The notes beneath the pieces are model-generated. The model saw nothing but the letters and a program-made list of their open reading frames with translations, was not told the origin of the DNA and did no database searches. This document shows positions 39,141-52,910 of a stretch of 64,000 nt of DNA, piece by piece. Position numbers and translations under genes: made by a program. Within the stretch, counting starts at the first letter, position 1; every line of letters begins with the position of its first letter. This stretch comes from Octopus vulgaris. Lineage: Eukaryota. The stretch spans positions 40,672,001-40,736,000 of the forward strand of contig OX597820.1 in assembly GCA_951406725.2 (NCBI GenBank). Direction: 5' to 3'.

Positions 39141-39385
39141 TCTATCTGTCTCTAATAGGGTTTTTTTTTGCATGTCGAAAGTCACACACTTTGTCTCCTT
39201 TCATATTCCTTTCATTTTCTGTCTTTTATCACACTTTATCTCTGATTTTTTACTCTATTGACAGTCGCCTCCTTCCTCCTATATTTCCTCGTCTAACATT
39301 TCCACATAGTCATCAACAGAAACAACAGAAGCGGCAGTAGCAGCGGTGGTACTAAAGCTATCATCGTCGTCACCGTCGTAGTTAC

Positions 39386-39451
<66 letters not shown>

Positions 39452-39473
39452 CATCATCATCATCATCATCATT

Positions 39474-39529
<56 letters not shown>

Positions 39530-39655
39530 ATTCATCGTCCTCATCATCTTATTATCATTCTGAAAATCATTAACATTGCTATTATGAACATCCTGACTGC
39601 TATCATTAACATTATCATCATTTTCAATATCATCAGCACCTTGATCATAATCACT

Positions 39656-39700
<45 letters not shown>

Positions 39701-39740
39701 GTCACCACTATCACCATTAACGTCATAATCATCACCACCA
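39386..39740. repeat. (ATC)n repeat
   Basis: Directly visible. Confidence 0.95.
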
Positions 39741-40119
39741 AATTTATCTTTGTTCAACATAAGGGAGGTTTCTATACGTTTATACGTGCCTGTTGGAAAG
39801 AACAACGTAATTTCATTGAAATAAGCCTTTCACTATTAGAAAAACAGTGATGCATTATGTTATGTGCCTTAGTTGTGTGCGCGCGCGTGTGTACATCTTT
39901 TGCAGACATGTAGAAGGCTTTAGGGTTTGTCTACATATTTTTGAATGAAGCAATATGGCTCCATTCTCTGTCCTCTCTTTTCCATAGGAGTGTTTGAGTT
40001 CATGTTCAATCTCAACCCATGCTTGTTTGAGACGGTGTTCTTTGCTATCCATTTAGGCGGTGTGAGATTTTTGCTCGTCGTCGCATAAGAAACCTTATAT
40101 CACTGGGAATTATATTTAT

Positions 40120-40562
40120 AGGCCACACCATCAATGAAGAATACTATGGTAACTTGCAGGGGTAGTTACAAAAGGCTATCAAGAACAAACGCTCAGAAAA
40201 CTTACGAAAGTGGTCTTGTTTCATCAGGATAAATCTCCAACACACAATCCTTTGGTTTCAACGGTTGCTGTGCATAACTAGCATCCCTCTTCCCCTGATA
40301 TGGCCCCAAATGGTTATCATCTTTACCCCAACATGGAAAGCAATTGACAGGAAGCCAGCATCATTATGATGATCACGTCACATCTGTTGTTGAGATGATT
40401 TTTTGAGCAAGAGGATAAAACCTTCTTGGATCCAAGCACTGCAAAACTAATGAAAGAAATGTATGTACCGCAAGAGGGACTATATTGAAAAATAAAACTC
40501 ATTTGATCACTTTACATGCGAGTATCACGGTCAGCCTATGAGTTTTTCAGCCGAGCCTCATA
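40120..40562 (+). mobile_element. Mariner 3' half, same family as 14904-16154
   Basis: GHTINEEYYGNL..KAIKNKRSE..VVLFHQDKSPTH. The end GGTCAGCCTATGAGTTTTTCAGCCGAGCCTCA-TA matches the reverse complement of the 14904 TIR. Confidence 0.85.
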
Positions 40563-40694
40563 TATGCATATATACATATACATATGCATATATGCATGAA
40601 TATATGTACACATAACCATGTCATTGAGTTTGTATCTATGTATGTATGCATGTATATATACATACATGCATACATACATACACACTATACATCC

Positions 40695-40746
<52 letters not shown>

Positions 40747-40752
<6 letters not shown>

Positions 40753-41422
40753 AATAAAAGGCGGAAATGCGGAAGATGAAATATAGAAGAATTTATTAAT
40801 CATGACAATTGCTACGACACATCAGGCATCGATCTCTCACGAGTTGGACACTCAACAACTGGTTCAGAAGCATCCAGCGGTACAGATGTATCTCATCGGG
40901 TGATAAATAGACACAACTCGTTAAAGTAGCTTCTCGTTTTGTAAAATGAAAAGCAGCCAGACGGAGTAAATATCTTCATTTACATAAGAGGTTCAAAAAT
41001 ACAATCACAGATGGAAAAAAAGAGAAACCAATACGCAATAAAGTGAGAAAAGTATTAAAAATAACCGTTAACAAATATGGATGTATAATCGCCCTCGGGC
41101 AAGCTGTATGTCTCAGTTAAATTTACGAAAGTGGTCATGTTTCATCAGGACAATGCTCCAGTACACAGGTCTTTGGTTTGAACGGCTGCTGTGCATGGGT
41201 GTGGCGTTGAACTCGTTCATCACCGTCCCTGTTTCCCTGATTTGACCCTAACTCACCATGGTAAAAGCACGTGTCTGGGAAGCCAACGTTGAGGAACTTA
41301 TTTTAACTGAACCAGTTGTCGAGTGTCCCCACCTGTGAATAGTCGATGCTAGATGTGTTGAAACAATTGTCATGATTAATAAATTCTCGTATATTTCATC
41401 TTCTGCCTTTCATTTGCCATAT
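40747..41422. mobile_element. Inverted pair of Penelope-like pseudo-LTRs (40747-40867 / 41307-41422) enclosing a mariner fragment (41120-41275)
   Basis: ~120-bp inverted arms flanked by (TA)n. Internal translation KVVMFHQDNAPVHRSLV..AAVHGCGVELVHHRPCFPDL. Confidence 0.75.
40799..40904 (-). ncRNA. Hammerhead motif with long stem II, inactivated (GAAA changed to GUAG in this copy)
   Basis: aucac CCGAUGA gauacauc...gauguguc GUAG caauug UC augau. The opposite arm at 41351-41376 retains GAAA caauug UC augau. Confidence 0.6.
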
Positions 41423-41429
41423 GTATATA

Positions 41430-42235
41430 TATATAGCTGGAATTTACAGAAAAACGAAAGACGAAGACAGGTGTATAAACAACAAGCATGTGTATTAGTT
41501 TGACGCTCGGGAAGGTGAGAACGTCTTCAAAGTTTCGAGCCTATGCTCTTCAACATAGAGGAACACGGTGAAATAAATAGAGAGAACCATGGGACTGTCT
41601 GGACAAAGCCAGTTGGATATGAGAGCTAGAAAGAAGAGGAGATAATAAAATACTGGTGATCCGAAAACGAAGGTGCGAATGCGTGTGTATATGTGAAAGT
41701 GTGTAAGTGGGAGCATGTGGGTAGTGGCAATGACTTTGATGTCTGTATGTGTGCGTGTGTGTGTTCGTCTGTAATGTGTGGGCGTGTTGATGATGGTGCG
41801 GGTGCTGAGAAGTGATCAGTGCTAGTATATCTGGAGTGGTGTGGAGTGGTGTGATGTGGTGTGGTGGTGTGTGGAGTGGGTGGCGGTGTGGGGATATCAC
41901 AGTGAGATGTGGGTTTGGAGTGAGGATGTCGGAGTAGAGGTGTGGGTGAGGGTGGGGTATGTGGGAATGGGATGTGTGGGGGTGGGGTAGATAGAGGGTA
42001 TGAATGAAGGAAGAAGGTGGGTAGGAGTGAAAAGAGGAAGGGCGTCAGATGAGCAGGGGATGGAAGTTGAGCCTACGTGGTGCAAAGGAGCGAAGAGAGA
42101 AGATACATTCTCGTTCACGGCGAAGGAGGGAGTCCAGACGGCCCATGTACGAAGACAATCTGAACACAGATAGTTGTTGTAATGAATGACAGCTACAGTG
42201 GAAATGACGCGAGGCCAGGCTGTCATTGCCGAGTT
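41430..42235 (-). mobile_element. Penelope-like element 3' end (GIY-YIG C-terminus, CA/CCA-rich tract, pseudo-LTR with hammerhead relic)
   Basis: ORF 42045: GNDSLASRHFHCSCHSLQQLSVF..LLRRERECIFSLRSFAPRRLN. Minus strand ..UUGAAGAGCAUAGGCUCGAAAC at ~41532-41553. Confidence 0.75.
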
Positions 42236-42240
42236 TGTGC

Positions 42241-42276
<36 letters not shown>

Positions 42277-43722
42277 TCATATACACATACATACATACAA
42301 CATACATACATACATACATACATATATACATACATACAAACGCACGATAATGTGTACTTATATACATGCATATATGCGCATTTTTATGTACATTTGTCTA
42401 TGATTATATATGTATACATATATGTACGTTTGTATATGCACACATATAATCGCATGAGTGTGTGCCTCTGTGTGTGTGTGTTTGAGTGTGTGTACGTGCG
42501 TGTTTGTGCATGTGTGTGCGCGTGTATGTTTGTGATAATGGTTTCTGTTGTTGATGTAAATCCCAGTGCACTTCCTGATGTAATACTCACTATGAGTACA
42601 ATAATAACAGCAGCAACGGTTTGTGTTGCCTTCTGAATTCCTGACGGATTCAGAATTCGGACACATGCCCATATCTCCCTTTGTGTATTTCCGTCACTTA
42701 TTCTTTAACATCCACAAATAAATAACCTTAGGAACTGCTCTCAACAATCTCCAATAAAAATAAAATCACGGTTATATTCTTAGCTAACTACTAATATTTA
42801 AAACTCAATCAGATAAACTACATGCGGCTTAGTGCTAGCTACTTCAGCGACGTTACAATAAACAGCAGACGTGAAACAATTAAACATGTACTACGGTTGA
42901 TATATATGACCAGAATCTTTGATACTGCGCGCATAGACGGCAACATTTTCAAAAAATTCGGATCCATAAGGGAATAAAAGAATTAAAGTACATTTCCATG
43001 TGCTTTGATGTCATATATAAATAAATGAACTGAGAAGCAACAAGTACGAAGGATACTATGTAAAAATGTTTAGTTATGTCCATTTTCGAACTGAGTTCAT
43101 ATCCTCTGGTACTTCTGAGGGCGATATAGTAAATTACTTTCTAGTACACGTGTGGATATATTCAAAGGTAGATAAAATAAATTACTTACAAGTTCTTGTG
43201 TGGTATTAACACTTGCCCGGAGTATGTGCCTTCAGGCTAATATGAGGAATTAATATTTGATTTGAAACGTTGCAAAGCTATCTTTAACCAAGTGCAAACT
43301 ACTGGGTGTATTGTGTCAAGCAATTTCTAATTATTTTGGATGCAGAACACTTTAATTAGTGCACTACAACATAATTCTTCAACACTTCACGACAAATATT
43401 GAAACTTAAAGCAAGCCAAACTTAAACCAGTTCTTTAGGTACTTGTGATTACTAAGACACAAATGAAGGAAAATAATTGCAGTAATTTCGTCTCAAGAAT
43501 TGCTGTATTGATAGCTTACATAATGCTCATACAATAAATTAAATATATCTTACATTCTATGCATATTATGATATATACATCCTTTCCATGCGTATGTTTG
43601 AGTGTTGGTATTCTATATATACATATATGTTTGTCTCTACGTATTTGTATTTGTAAGCATGTATCTGTATATACATGCATACATACATATACTTACATAC
43701 ATACATACATACACGCATACAT

Positions 43723-43761
<39 letters not shown>

Positions 43762-43821
43762 GGTGTGTGTGTGTACATCTATATGCATATATATGCATAT
43801 AATGTATGTATATAACTATAT

Positions 43822-43870
<49 letters not shown>

Positions 43871-43938
43871 TCTATGATTCTATCTTTCTATCTATCTATA
43901 TATCTATATTTATATACATTTGTATATTTATATATTTA

Positions 43939-43987
<49 letters not shown>

Positions 43988-44344
43988 GCTGCTTATATGT
44001 ATGAATATAAGTATGTATGTATGATTATATGTATGTATGTATATATGTATGTATGTATGAATGTATGTATGCATGTATGTATTTATGCATGTATGTATGA
44101 CATCGTAAATATAGAGAGAAGCGTTATTTGATATTTTAAGGCAAAAATTGTTCAAAAGCCAACACAATCAAAGTAAATTGAAATAAAGGAGTGACAGGAG
44201 GAAGCGAAAACAAAAGGATATTAACCCTCAAATACTGAAATATAAGGTAAAGTGTAAACTATTGTTCTGAATTCTTTATTTCTGTTTCTACATATGTATT
44301 TCAATGTGCATTATGTTGAATTTGAACAATTTTAACTATGTAAT

Positions 44345-44400
<56 letters not shown>

Positions 44401-44613
44401 TATTGAAATTATCTCTTCTATATGAATCAACAACGAATGCAGTAAGGTTATTGTTTTCTTTCTTCAACTAGCGAAAAATTCTTATTCTTTACGAATGTTT
44501 TTTGCATCCGTTCCTACTTCATGTATATCACACAATGTATTGTATTCTAATTTGCATGTATATTGTACAATATATTATATTCCGCATTCATCTAAAGCAA
44601 TATATTCCAAATA

Positions 44614-45478
44614 TATGAGTGCATTACCGAAAGTAATGCAAACGTGAAAAAAAGTTGTTTATTTTTACTAACTTGTATAGGTCCTTTAACCTGCTCATGT
44701 TGATTGAGCAACTTCTAAGGTAACATACTACTCAGCATAGCGTCCCATTCAAGCAATAAATCTCCATCATTGTTAAATCCGAATCTTGAATATTTGTTAA
44801 AAAATTCAGATGTACGTTAGAACACGCTTCTTTCTCAATTTCATATCGTCTTTGTCATTAAATGCTTGTTCACGAAGACTGTTCTCCATTGTACACGCTT
44901 CTTTCTCAATTTCATATCGTCTTTGTCATTAAATGCTTGTTCTCGAAGACTGTTCTCCATTGTACCGAAGACGTCGAGCTTGCGGATGCCCCAGATTTGA
45001 ACTGTACTATGGATGGGAAACACATAGCCCAGCTCAATTTGCCGATCACATGATTTTTCGCCGAATATGAGAAGATATGTAATTATATTCTATAAACTGA
45101 CCCTTCATTTCATGATCATAAAGATGCAACCGCATTTCATACCCTGTCGTCATATTGGGAAAAACAAAACCTTTCTTCTGGATTTAAAAGTTTTCAGCAT
45201 ATCAGAGCAGACTTCTATCCGTCTCTCCAAACTTGTGTGTCAACAGAATACATTTTAAGATATACTCTCTCTTTTACTCTTTTACTTGTTTCAGTCATTT
45301 GACTGCGGCCATGCTGGAGCACCACCTTTTAGTCAAGCAAATCGACCCCGGGACTTATTCTTTCTAAGCCCAGTACTTATTCTATCGGGCTCTTTTGCCG
45401 AACCGCTAAGTGACAGGGACATAAACACACCAGCATCGGTTGTCAAGCAATGCTAGAGAGACAAACACAGACACATAA

Positions 45479-45564
<86 letters not shown>

Positions 45565-46030
45565 GACAGGCTTCTTTCAGTTTCCGTCTACCAAATCCAC
45601 TCACAAGGCATTGGTCGGCCCGAGGCTATAGCAGAAGACACTTACCCAAGATGCCACACAGAGTGGGACTGAACCCGGAACCATGTGGCTGGTATCCAAA
45701 AATTTACATCTTCTTAAATATCTTGTGCCTTCAGTCAGGCGGTGCAGCATGATTATTCATGAATTGAAACTCGTCTGTCCACGCAGTTCAGTTTGTCTAA
45801 TTGATGATTTAAGACATTGGTCGTAGTTGAAGGTCTCCCACTGAGCAGGCTATCTTTGATATTAACTTTACATTATCTAAACTTCTTCAGTTACCTCTTC
45901 ATATCACTCTTCTTATAAGCATCACCTCTGTTAACAACCTGCTGCATGCAGTGGATGTAAGATAGACTGAACCTTTCTTTTGCTAAAAACTTAATGAGGG
46001 TGCGTTACTTCGGCTTGGAAATCGTTATAT
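44614..46030 (-). mobile_element. Decayed mariner interrupted by a SINE and carrying a 71-bp tandem duplication
   Basis: Minus strand RTLIKFLAKE..NIKDSLLSGRPSTTT (~45830-46005), then HP*YSSNL..MENSLREQAFNDKDD (~44900-45020). TIR-like TA-TGAGTGCATTACCGAAAGTAATGC at ~44614. Confidence 0.7.
45263..45694 (-). mobile_element. tRNA-derived CORE-type SINE (family B, OR2-like), 5'-clipped
   Basis: Reverse-complement match to 49734-50149, with (GAGTAAAA)-like tail and internal (TA)n(TG)n. Confidence 0.9.
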
Positions 46031-46344
46031 TCCTCTAATGAAGAAGAAAGCAATAAAAGATAACTAAAGGGGAAGACCTATTCTAAGAAAAAGAGAAATT
46101 TGTACGAGTTATGTCTGTTTATACAGAATTCATGACCAATAGGCATAATATTCATTAGAATTCACGTATTACACAAAATATTACGTTGCATATTACACTA
46201 CATATACATTTTGCAATAAATTGTATTCTTAGATATCATATGATACACAATGCATCAGATATGATATGCAACAAATAGCACATACAGTATATGTTTAAAA
46301 TCTGCTGTTTTACACACACTCACACACACACACACACACACACG

Positions 46345-46391
<47 letters not shown>

Positions 46392-46743
46392 CATGCCTTT
46401 ATTCTTAGGATAAAACAGTCTACAATTTGTCATATCGCAAACCTCTTCCACAACTTCCATTTCATGATGGTACTCATCCAAAGGCTTCTTCTAATTCTTT
46501 TCATCACCTTCGTGTACTTTATGAAACGTATTATGTATCAAATATGACATGTATTATGATACATTATATTCCATTTTCAACAAACTTAATTCACTTGACG
46601 ATTTGCTATCGCAACAAAAGATTGACATTAACGATAGTCAAAAGGAAGCAATATTTTTAATTCAAAGGCAGTCATACAAGTAACCCTCTAATGAAATGTA
46701 TTCATGTATGCATGTAAATATGTACGTATGCATGAATGTATGT

Positions 46744-46795
<52 letters not shown>

Positions 46796-46911
46796 TTCAT
46801 ACTTATAAACAACTACACATATATACTTGCGTATATACATACAATATACAGTATGTATCTCTGTTTTGTTTCTGAGAGACAAAGTTTACGGCGATTTTCA
46901 TATGTATATTT

Positions 46912-47192
46912 GGTACTATTTAAGAAGTACTCGCGCATCCGCGCTAGCTAGTCGTGACTAGTCGATCCTACAACGACTACCTAGTAAATGAAACAGAAAA
47001 ACACAAAATAGATTATTTTTTTACACAAATTAATTATTTTTTTAAAACAAAGTAAATAAAACACAAAAACACAAAGTAAATAATTAAAAAAACACACAAA
47101 AACAAAATATGGATCGACAATTCACGACTAGCTAGCGCGGATGTGCGAGTACGCGAGTGCGCGTACCGTGACCATTCTTCTTAAATAGTACC
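46912..47192. mobile_element. MITE with compound terminal inverted repeats
   Basis: GGTACTATTTAAGAAG / CTTCTTAAATAGTACC, plus inner ~40-bp CpG-rich inverted repeat GTACTCGCGCATCCGCGCTAGCTAGTCGTGA / TCACGACTAGCTAGCGCGGATGTGCGAGTAC. Confidence 0.8.
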
Positions 47193-47309
47193 GTATATTT
47201 TATGTAATATAATGAAGTAACTTATTTTAATACTACACACACACACATACACACACACAATTGATGTAGAAATACATACAGATATATATTTGTTTAAGTG
47301 TCCGTGGTG

Positions 47310-47357
<48 letters not shown>

Positions 47358-47718
47358 GAACTTTTGGGCGCATGCTCATGCGTCTTTACGCATGTGCATG
47401 TGGAGTCCATATACCTCCCTCACAAAAACAGTTCTTCAAAGAACAACACGTTCAGCCAAAGATCTTGATGAACACGATTACAATTGACAGGATTGTTGAG
47501 CTAACTTTAGCATTCTTTCTTTACATATATGAATGCATGTATCTGTGTAGATCGTTTGTAATGATGTGTAAATTCATATATTCATGTATTGCTTTTGTTG
47601 TATATGTATACATACAGACACAATTTCATACATTTATATATGTATATACTTGTATACATACATATTTATATATAAATATGTATGTGCATATATATATATT
47701 CATTTATATATATATATT

Positions 47719-47790
<72 letters not shown>

Positions 47791-47971
47791 TTGCATATAT
47801 AGAGAGAGACAAATGCATATGAATATAGATACATACATACGCACACACATACACTCGCATACATACACACGCAAACACAAGCACATACATAAAAACTTAT
47901 TTATATAATATAAGGATATATATGTATGTACGTGTTAGAGATGCAGACTCATAAATACAGTGTTTGTTTAC

Positions 47972-48015
<44 letters not shown>

Positions 48016-48280
48016 AAGTACATCTGTATTCGTGTATGTGGATGTGATATTATGTGTATGTATTAATGTATGACTGCATGTATTTATGCAAGTCTGATTG
48101 CATTTGTTGACAGTTATTTCTTTAACCGAAATTTTTATTGGAGATGAAAACTAGAAAGAACTAGATGTAGTCAAGAAGAAATAAAGACAATATTTGATAA
48201 ACCACTCCTTCATTGCACCAAAAAACTTTTTTATAAACACATAGAAACAGACGTGCACACACACACACACACACACACAA

Positions 48281-48564
48281 CCGTGGAGACTGGCGACGTA
48301 CCGTAAGAGAGGGAATACAAAGGAGTGACAGAGAGAGAGGAGAAATGAAAAGACAAGAAAATACGTCAACAAGAAACTATGGCATTACAACCAGCCAGGA
48401 ACAGTCTTCGCTACATTTGCGGTACCTGCCAGAGGGAGTGTTTGTCCAGGATAGGACTACACAGCCACAGCAGGAAATGTATCAGGACATGAAATGTAAA
48501 AGCCGGACTAGACTACTTTATGCGCAACTCCATTGTCTCCCGAGACAAAAAGGATGCCAACCAA
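48281..48564 (+). mobile_element. 5'-truncated RTE LINE 3' end (second RTE family)
   Basis: RGDWRRTVREGIQRSDRER.. then, after a frameshift, YICGTCQRECLSRIGLHSHSRKC*. 3' UTR CATTGTCTCCCGAGACAAAAAGGATGCCAACCAA. Confidence 0.8.
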
Positions 48565-48605
48565 TATATATATGTACACACATATACATATATATATACA
48601 TACAC

Positions 48606-48716
<111 letters not shown>

Positions 48717-48765
48717 GATAGATAGATTGATAGATACATACATAGATACATATATATAAATATAC

Positions 48766-48798
<33 letters not shown>

Positions 48799-48881
48799 TT
48801 TATATGCATACACACACACACACATATATATATACATATACATACATGCCTTATGTATGTGTATGTGTGTATGTGTATGTG

Positions 48882-48916
<35 letters not shown>

Positions 48917-49349
48917 GTGTACTTATCTCTAATACATTAAATTGAAGTTCAATCTTGCTTGCAATGTTACACAGCCAAACTGGCGAATAATGGGAAAACA
49001 CGAAAGTAAAATTCCTCTGAAATATGAATGCAAGCAGAAAAAACAAGTTTCGCTTCAATCGGAAGAGTGGTTATTAAGATATTCGAGGGTTTGGTGTATA
49101 AATACCCAAAGTGCTGAATAATGGGAAAATACTCCGAAAATAACTTAACCCTGAAAAAGAAGAAACTAATCTTTCCATTAGACACATTATGATGCACAAA
49201 ATATTTTGAATAGAAGATGACTTTAAAAATACAGCGAATACTTCGTAAGACGCCCGTTCTTCACCTAGGGGTGAAATATTATTTTTCCATAGCTCTCTTT
49301 CGAGTGCATTCAACATATCTCACCTCCAAAGATTTGGCTGTTATTTATA

Positions 49350-49416
49350 GCACACCCTGCTGCCACGTAACAGCTATTTACGATGAAGGACCCTGTTACG
49401 TGGTAGCAGGGTGTGC
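49350..49416. repeat. 24-bp-stem hairpin
   Basis: GCACACCCTGCTGCCACGTAACAG - 19-nt loop - CTGTTACGTGGTAGCAGGGTGTGC. Confidence 0.85.
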
Positions 49417-49449
49417 AGGCATACACACCCACACCCACACACACAAGTG

Positions 49450-49506
<57 letters not shown>

Positions 49507-49524
49507 CTATATATGTATTTTATG

Positions 49525-49660
49525 GCCTTTGTTCAATTTCTGTCTACGAAATCCACTAACAATTCTTTGGTCTGCCCCAAGCTATAGTGGTAGACACATG
49601 TGCATGGTACTATGCAGTGGGACTAAACCCTAACAAATGTGGTTGGGGAGTAAGTTAGTA
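49525..49660 (-). mobile_element. Degenerate family B SINE 5' part, head-to-head with the next copy
   Basis: TCTGTCTACGAAATCCACT..GCTATAGTGGTAGACAC..GCAGTGGGACTAAACCC..ATGTGGTTGG. Confidence 0.65.
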
Positions 49661-49693
49661 GATAGAAATATATACGTATATGTATGTGTGCAT

Positions 49694-49733
<40 letters not shown>

Positions 49734-49735
<2 letters not shown>

Positions 49736-50149
49736 CGCAGGAGTGGCTGTGTGGTAAGTAGCTTGCTTACCAACCACATGGTTCCGGGTTCAGTCCCACT
49801 GCGTGGCATCTTGGGCAAGTGTCTTCTGCTATAGCCCCGGGCCGACCAATGCCTTGTGAGTGGATTTGGTAGACGGAAACTGAAAGAAGCCTGTCGTATA
49901 TATGTATATGTATATATGTATGTGTGTGTGTTTGTGTGCCTGTGTTTGTTCCCCTAGCATTGCTTGACAACCGATGCTGGTGTGTTTACGTCCCCGTTAC
50001 TTAGCGGTTCGGCGAAAAGAGATCGATAGAATAAGTACTGGGCTTACAAAAAAGAATAAGTCCCGGGGTCGAGTTGCTCGACTAAAGGCGGTGCTCCAGC
50101 ATGGCCACAGTCAAATGACTGAAACAAGTAAAAGAGAAAAGAGAAAAGA
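49734..50149 (+). mobile_element. Full-length tRNA-derived CORE-type SINE (family B, OR2-like)
   Basis: GGCGCAGGAGTGGCTGTGTGGTAAG (A box), GGGTTCAGTCCC (B box), CTTGGGCAAGTGTCTTCT CORE-like segment, internal microsatellite, tail GAAACAAGTAAAAGAGAAAAGAG. Confidence 0.92.
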
Positions 50150-50172
50150 TATATATATATATATATATTATC

Positions 50173-50203
<31 letters not shown>

Positions 50204-50839
50204 ATGTACATGTACGTTTGCATGTACGGAAGGTGTATGCTTCTGCCTGTATCTGTGTAGATATCTCTGAAAGCTTTTTAAGGCATGTAGAGTAAGGTTT
50301 GTAAAGGAGTGTGAGTGTGATTGAAATAGAGAGCGTCTTTCAAAAACATAGACCTTATGATATCGTACATAGATGAGAAAACAAAAAAGAAAGAAAATGA
50401 GTAGGCACAAAGATAGGGTGATAGACAATTCCGAAGAAGGACGAAAGTGTAATATTTGTAAAAATATTGAACAATTACAGAAATATATTGAAAAACTAAT
50501 GAAGTAAATATATTAAAATAAGAACAAGTTGACTGACAGGACGTATGGAAATTTATGAGAATGAGTGATGGGAATGAAGAAAATACTTATATGTCCGGGG
50601 TAAAACCGACAGTAAAAGAAACGAATCACTATATAAAGAGAGTGAAAGGAAGGAAAGGGGCCCGATTGAGAATAGTGTGTATATACATATATTCTATATA
50701 CACTCGCAACATTTTACACATATATGCACATATGTCTATGCATACGTAAAGGACATACATAAATTTAAACATAGATGCGTATATATATGTATATTATATA
50801 TATATGTATGTATGCATTTACAAAAACATACATACATAC

Positions 50840-50933
<94 letters not shown>

Positions 50934-51929
50934 ATATATATGCATATATATATTTATAGATACATACATATATACATACATATATATGTGTATAAATATA
51001 TATATATATATGATAGTCTACATTTAAGCACAGGAGAAACCACCATTAACAGGTAATTTTTACACGCTAGAAGAAGCAGTCAAAACGACCAAAACCACAT
51101 TTAAGAGCAATAGCGAAGGGAAGGAAAAATAAAAAATGTTTTACCATGTTATTTTTTTACGTTTATAGTTAGATTTCGAATTCTTTCAGCAAATAAAATA
51201 ATTTGCTAGGCGAAATTCTCCTCTGCTACCGCGCCATAAAATTAACATATAATTTAGAGACATGTGTCTCATCATTATATGTTATAATTTTTCAAATTCA
51301 CCGCGCAAGCGCATTTTCAGTCAGCAGTAAATGAAAACTGCCGAACTGATCTTCGAAATGCTAAAATCATATACGTAAAATAGCGAATATTTTTAGAAAT
51401 TTCACTACCAGTGACCTAGCATGCATAAAGAGTCAAAGACAGTAGAAGCAGTCATACAGATAATATATGTATATATATAGATACATATGTGTGTGGGTGC
51501 GTGTGTGTGCATACATATACATATATATATATACACATATTTTTTCCTCTCTTGTCTGTAATGAATTTGTGACTATTCGGTGGTACAGAAGTATTTTTTG
51601 ACTTCTTTCATTAGCGATATAGGTGCTCATGTAGTACCCCTGTGTATATATGTACATATCTAATATTGTATGTATATATTTTATTAATTTGCCTGTACGG
51701 ATGATAATTCGCTTACTTGTAATGGTATTATAATAATACCATCCCTATATTTATATATATACATACATATATATATATTACGTTTATATATTTGTTGTGC
51801 AAGATTTTTTATTGGTTAAACTGACCATTCGGATATACATGGCCGCGGCGTTCGGGCTAAAACATTTTTAAGGATATATATATATATGTAGACATATTTA
51901 TGTAAATATATATGCTTAAGTGTGTGCGT

Positions 51930-51992
51930 TACAGACAGACAAATAGACAGTCAGACAGACAGATAGACAGACAGACAGATAGACAGACAGAC

Positions 51993-52079
<87 letters not shown>

Positions 52080-52095
52080 AAGATGGATAGATAGA
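51930..52095. repeat. (GACA)n(GATA)n array
   Basis: Directly visible. Confidence 0.95.
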
Positions 52096-52509
52096 TGAAA
52101 ATATTCTCTTATGTAGTTTATCTATGGTATGCTGAAAAGCTTACCGAGTAGAATAATGCCTGAAATTAGAAACATTCCAACTTATATTTCTCAATACAGT
52201 ACTATGACAAATCTTATTTCGTATACATATAACATCGTCAGTTTATTTTACTCTATTTACCCCAAGTTGCTCAATCTTCTACAAACCCCTTGAGGATGAC
52301 TATTATTTATAGTGCAGCTTATCCTGTTTCTATGATCCCTGACTCAAGAGGCAAGTAACTGTCAAATCATAAAGATATATAATGGTGATACTGTTTGGTA
52401 AATATAAACGTATTTTTTATGACTGTGATAAATTACATACTCAATTTTTCCATTTATGAGATAAGAATTTATTACTCGGGTACTAAATGAGTCTTTTAGT
52501 CAATTAACG

Positions 52510-52910
52510 TACTCTTTTACTTGCTTCAGTCATTTGACTGCGGCCAAGCTGGAGCACCGCCTTTAGTCGAGCAAATCGATCCCAGGACTTATTCTTTGCA
52601 AGCCTAGTACTTATTCAATCGGTCTCTTTTGCCAAACCGCTAAGTTTTGGGGGCGTAAACACCAGCATCGGTTGTCAAGCGATGTTGGGGGGACAAACAC
52701 AGACACTCAAATACAAACACACATATATATATACATATACATATATACGACAGGCTTCTTTCAGTTTCCGTCTACCAAATCCACTCACAAGGCTTTAATC
52801 GGCCCGAGGCTATAGTAGAAGACACTTACCCAATGTGCTACGTAGTGGGACTGAACCCGGAACCATGCGGTTTGTAAGCAAGCTAATTACCACACAGCCA
52901 CTCCTGCGCC
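52510..52910 (-). mobile_element. Full-length family B SINE
   Basis: Reverse complement of 49734-50149. Confidence 0.92.

Noticed and set aside
49734-49805. tRNA-like A/B boxes
   Set aside because: These are SINE heads continuing into SINE bodies, not tRNA genes.
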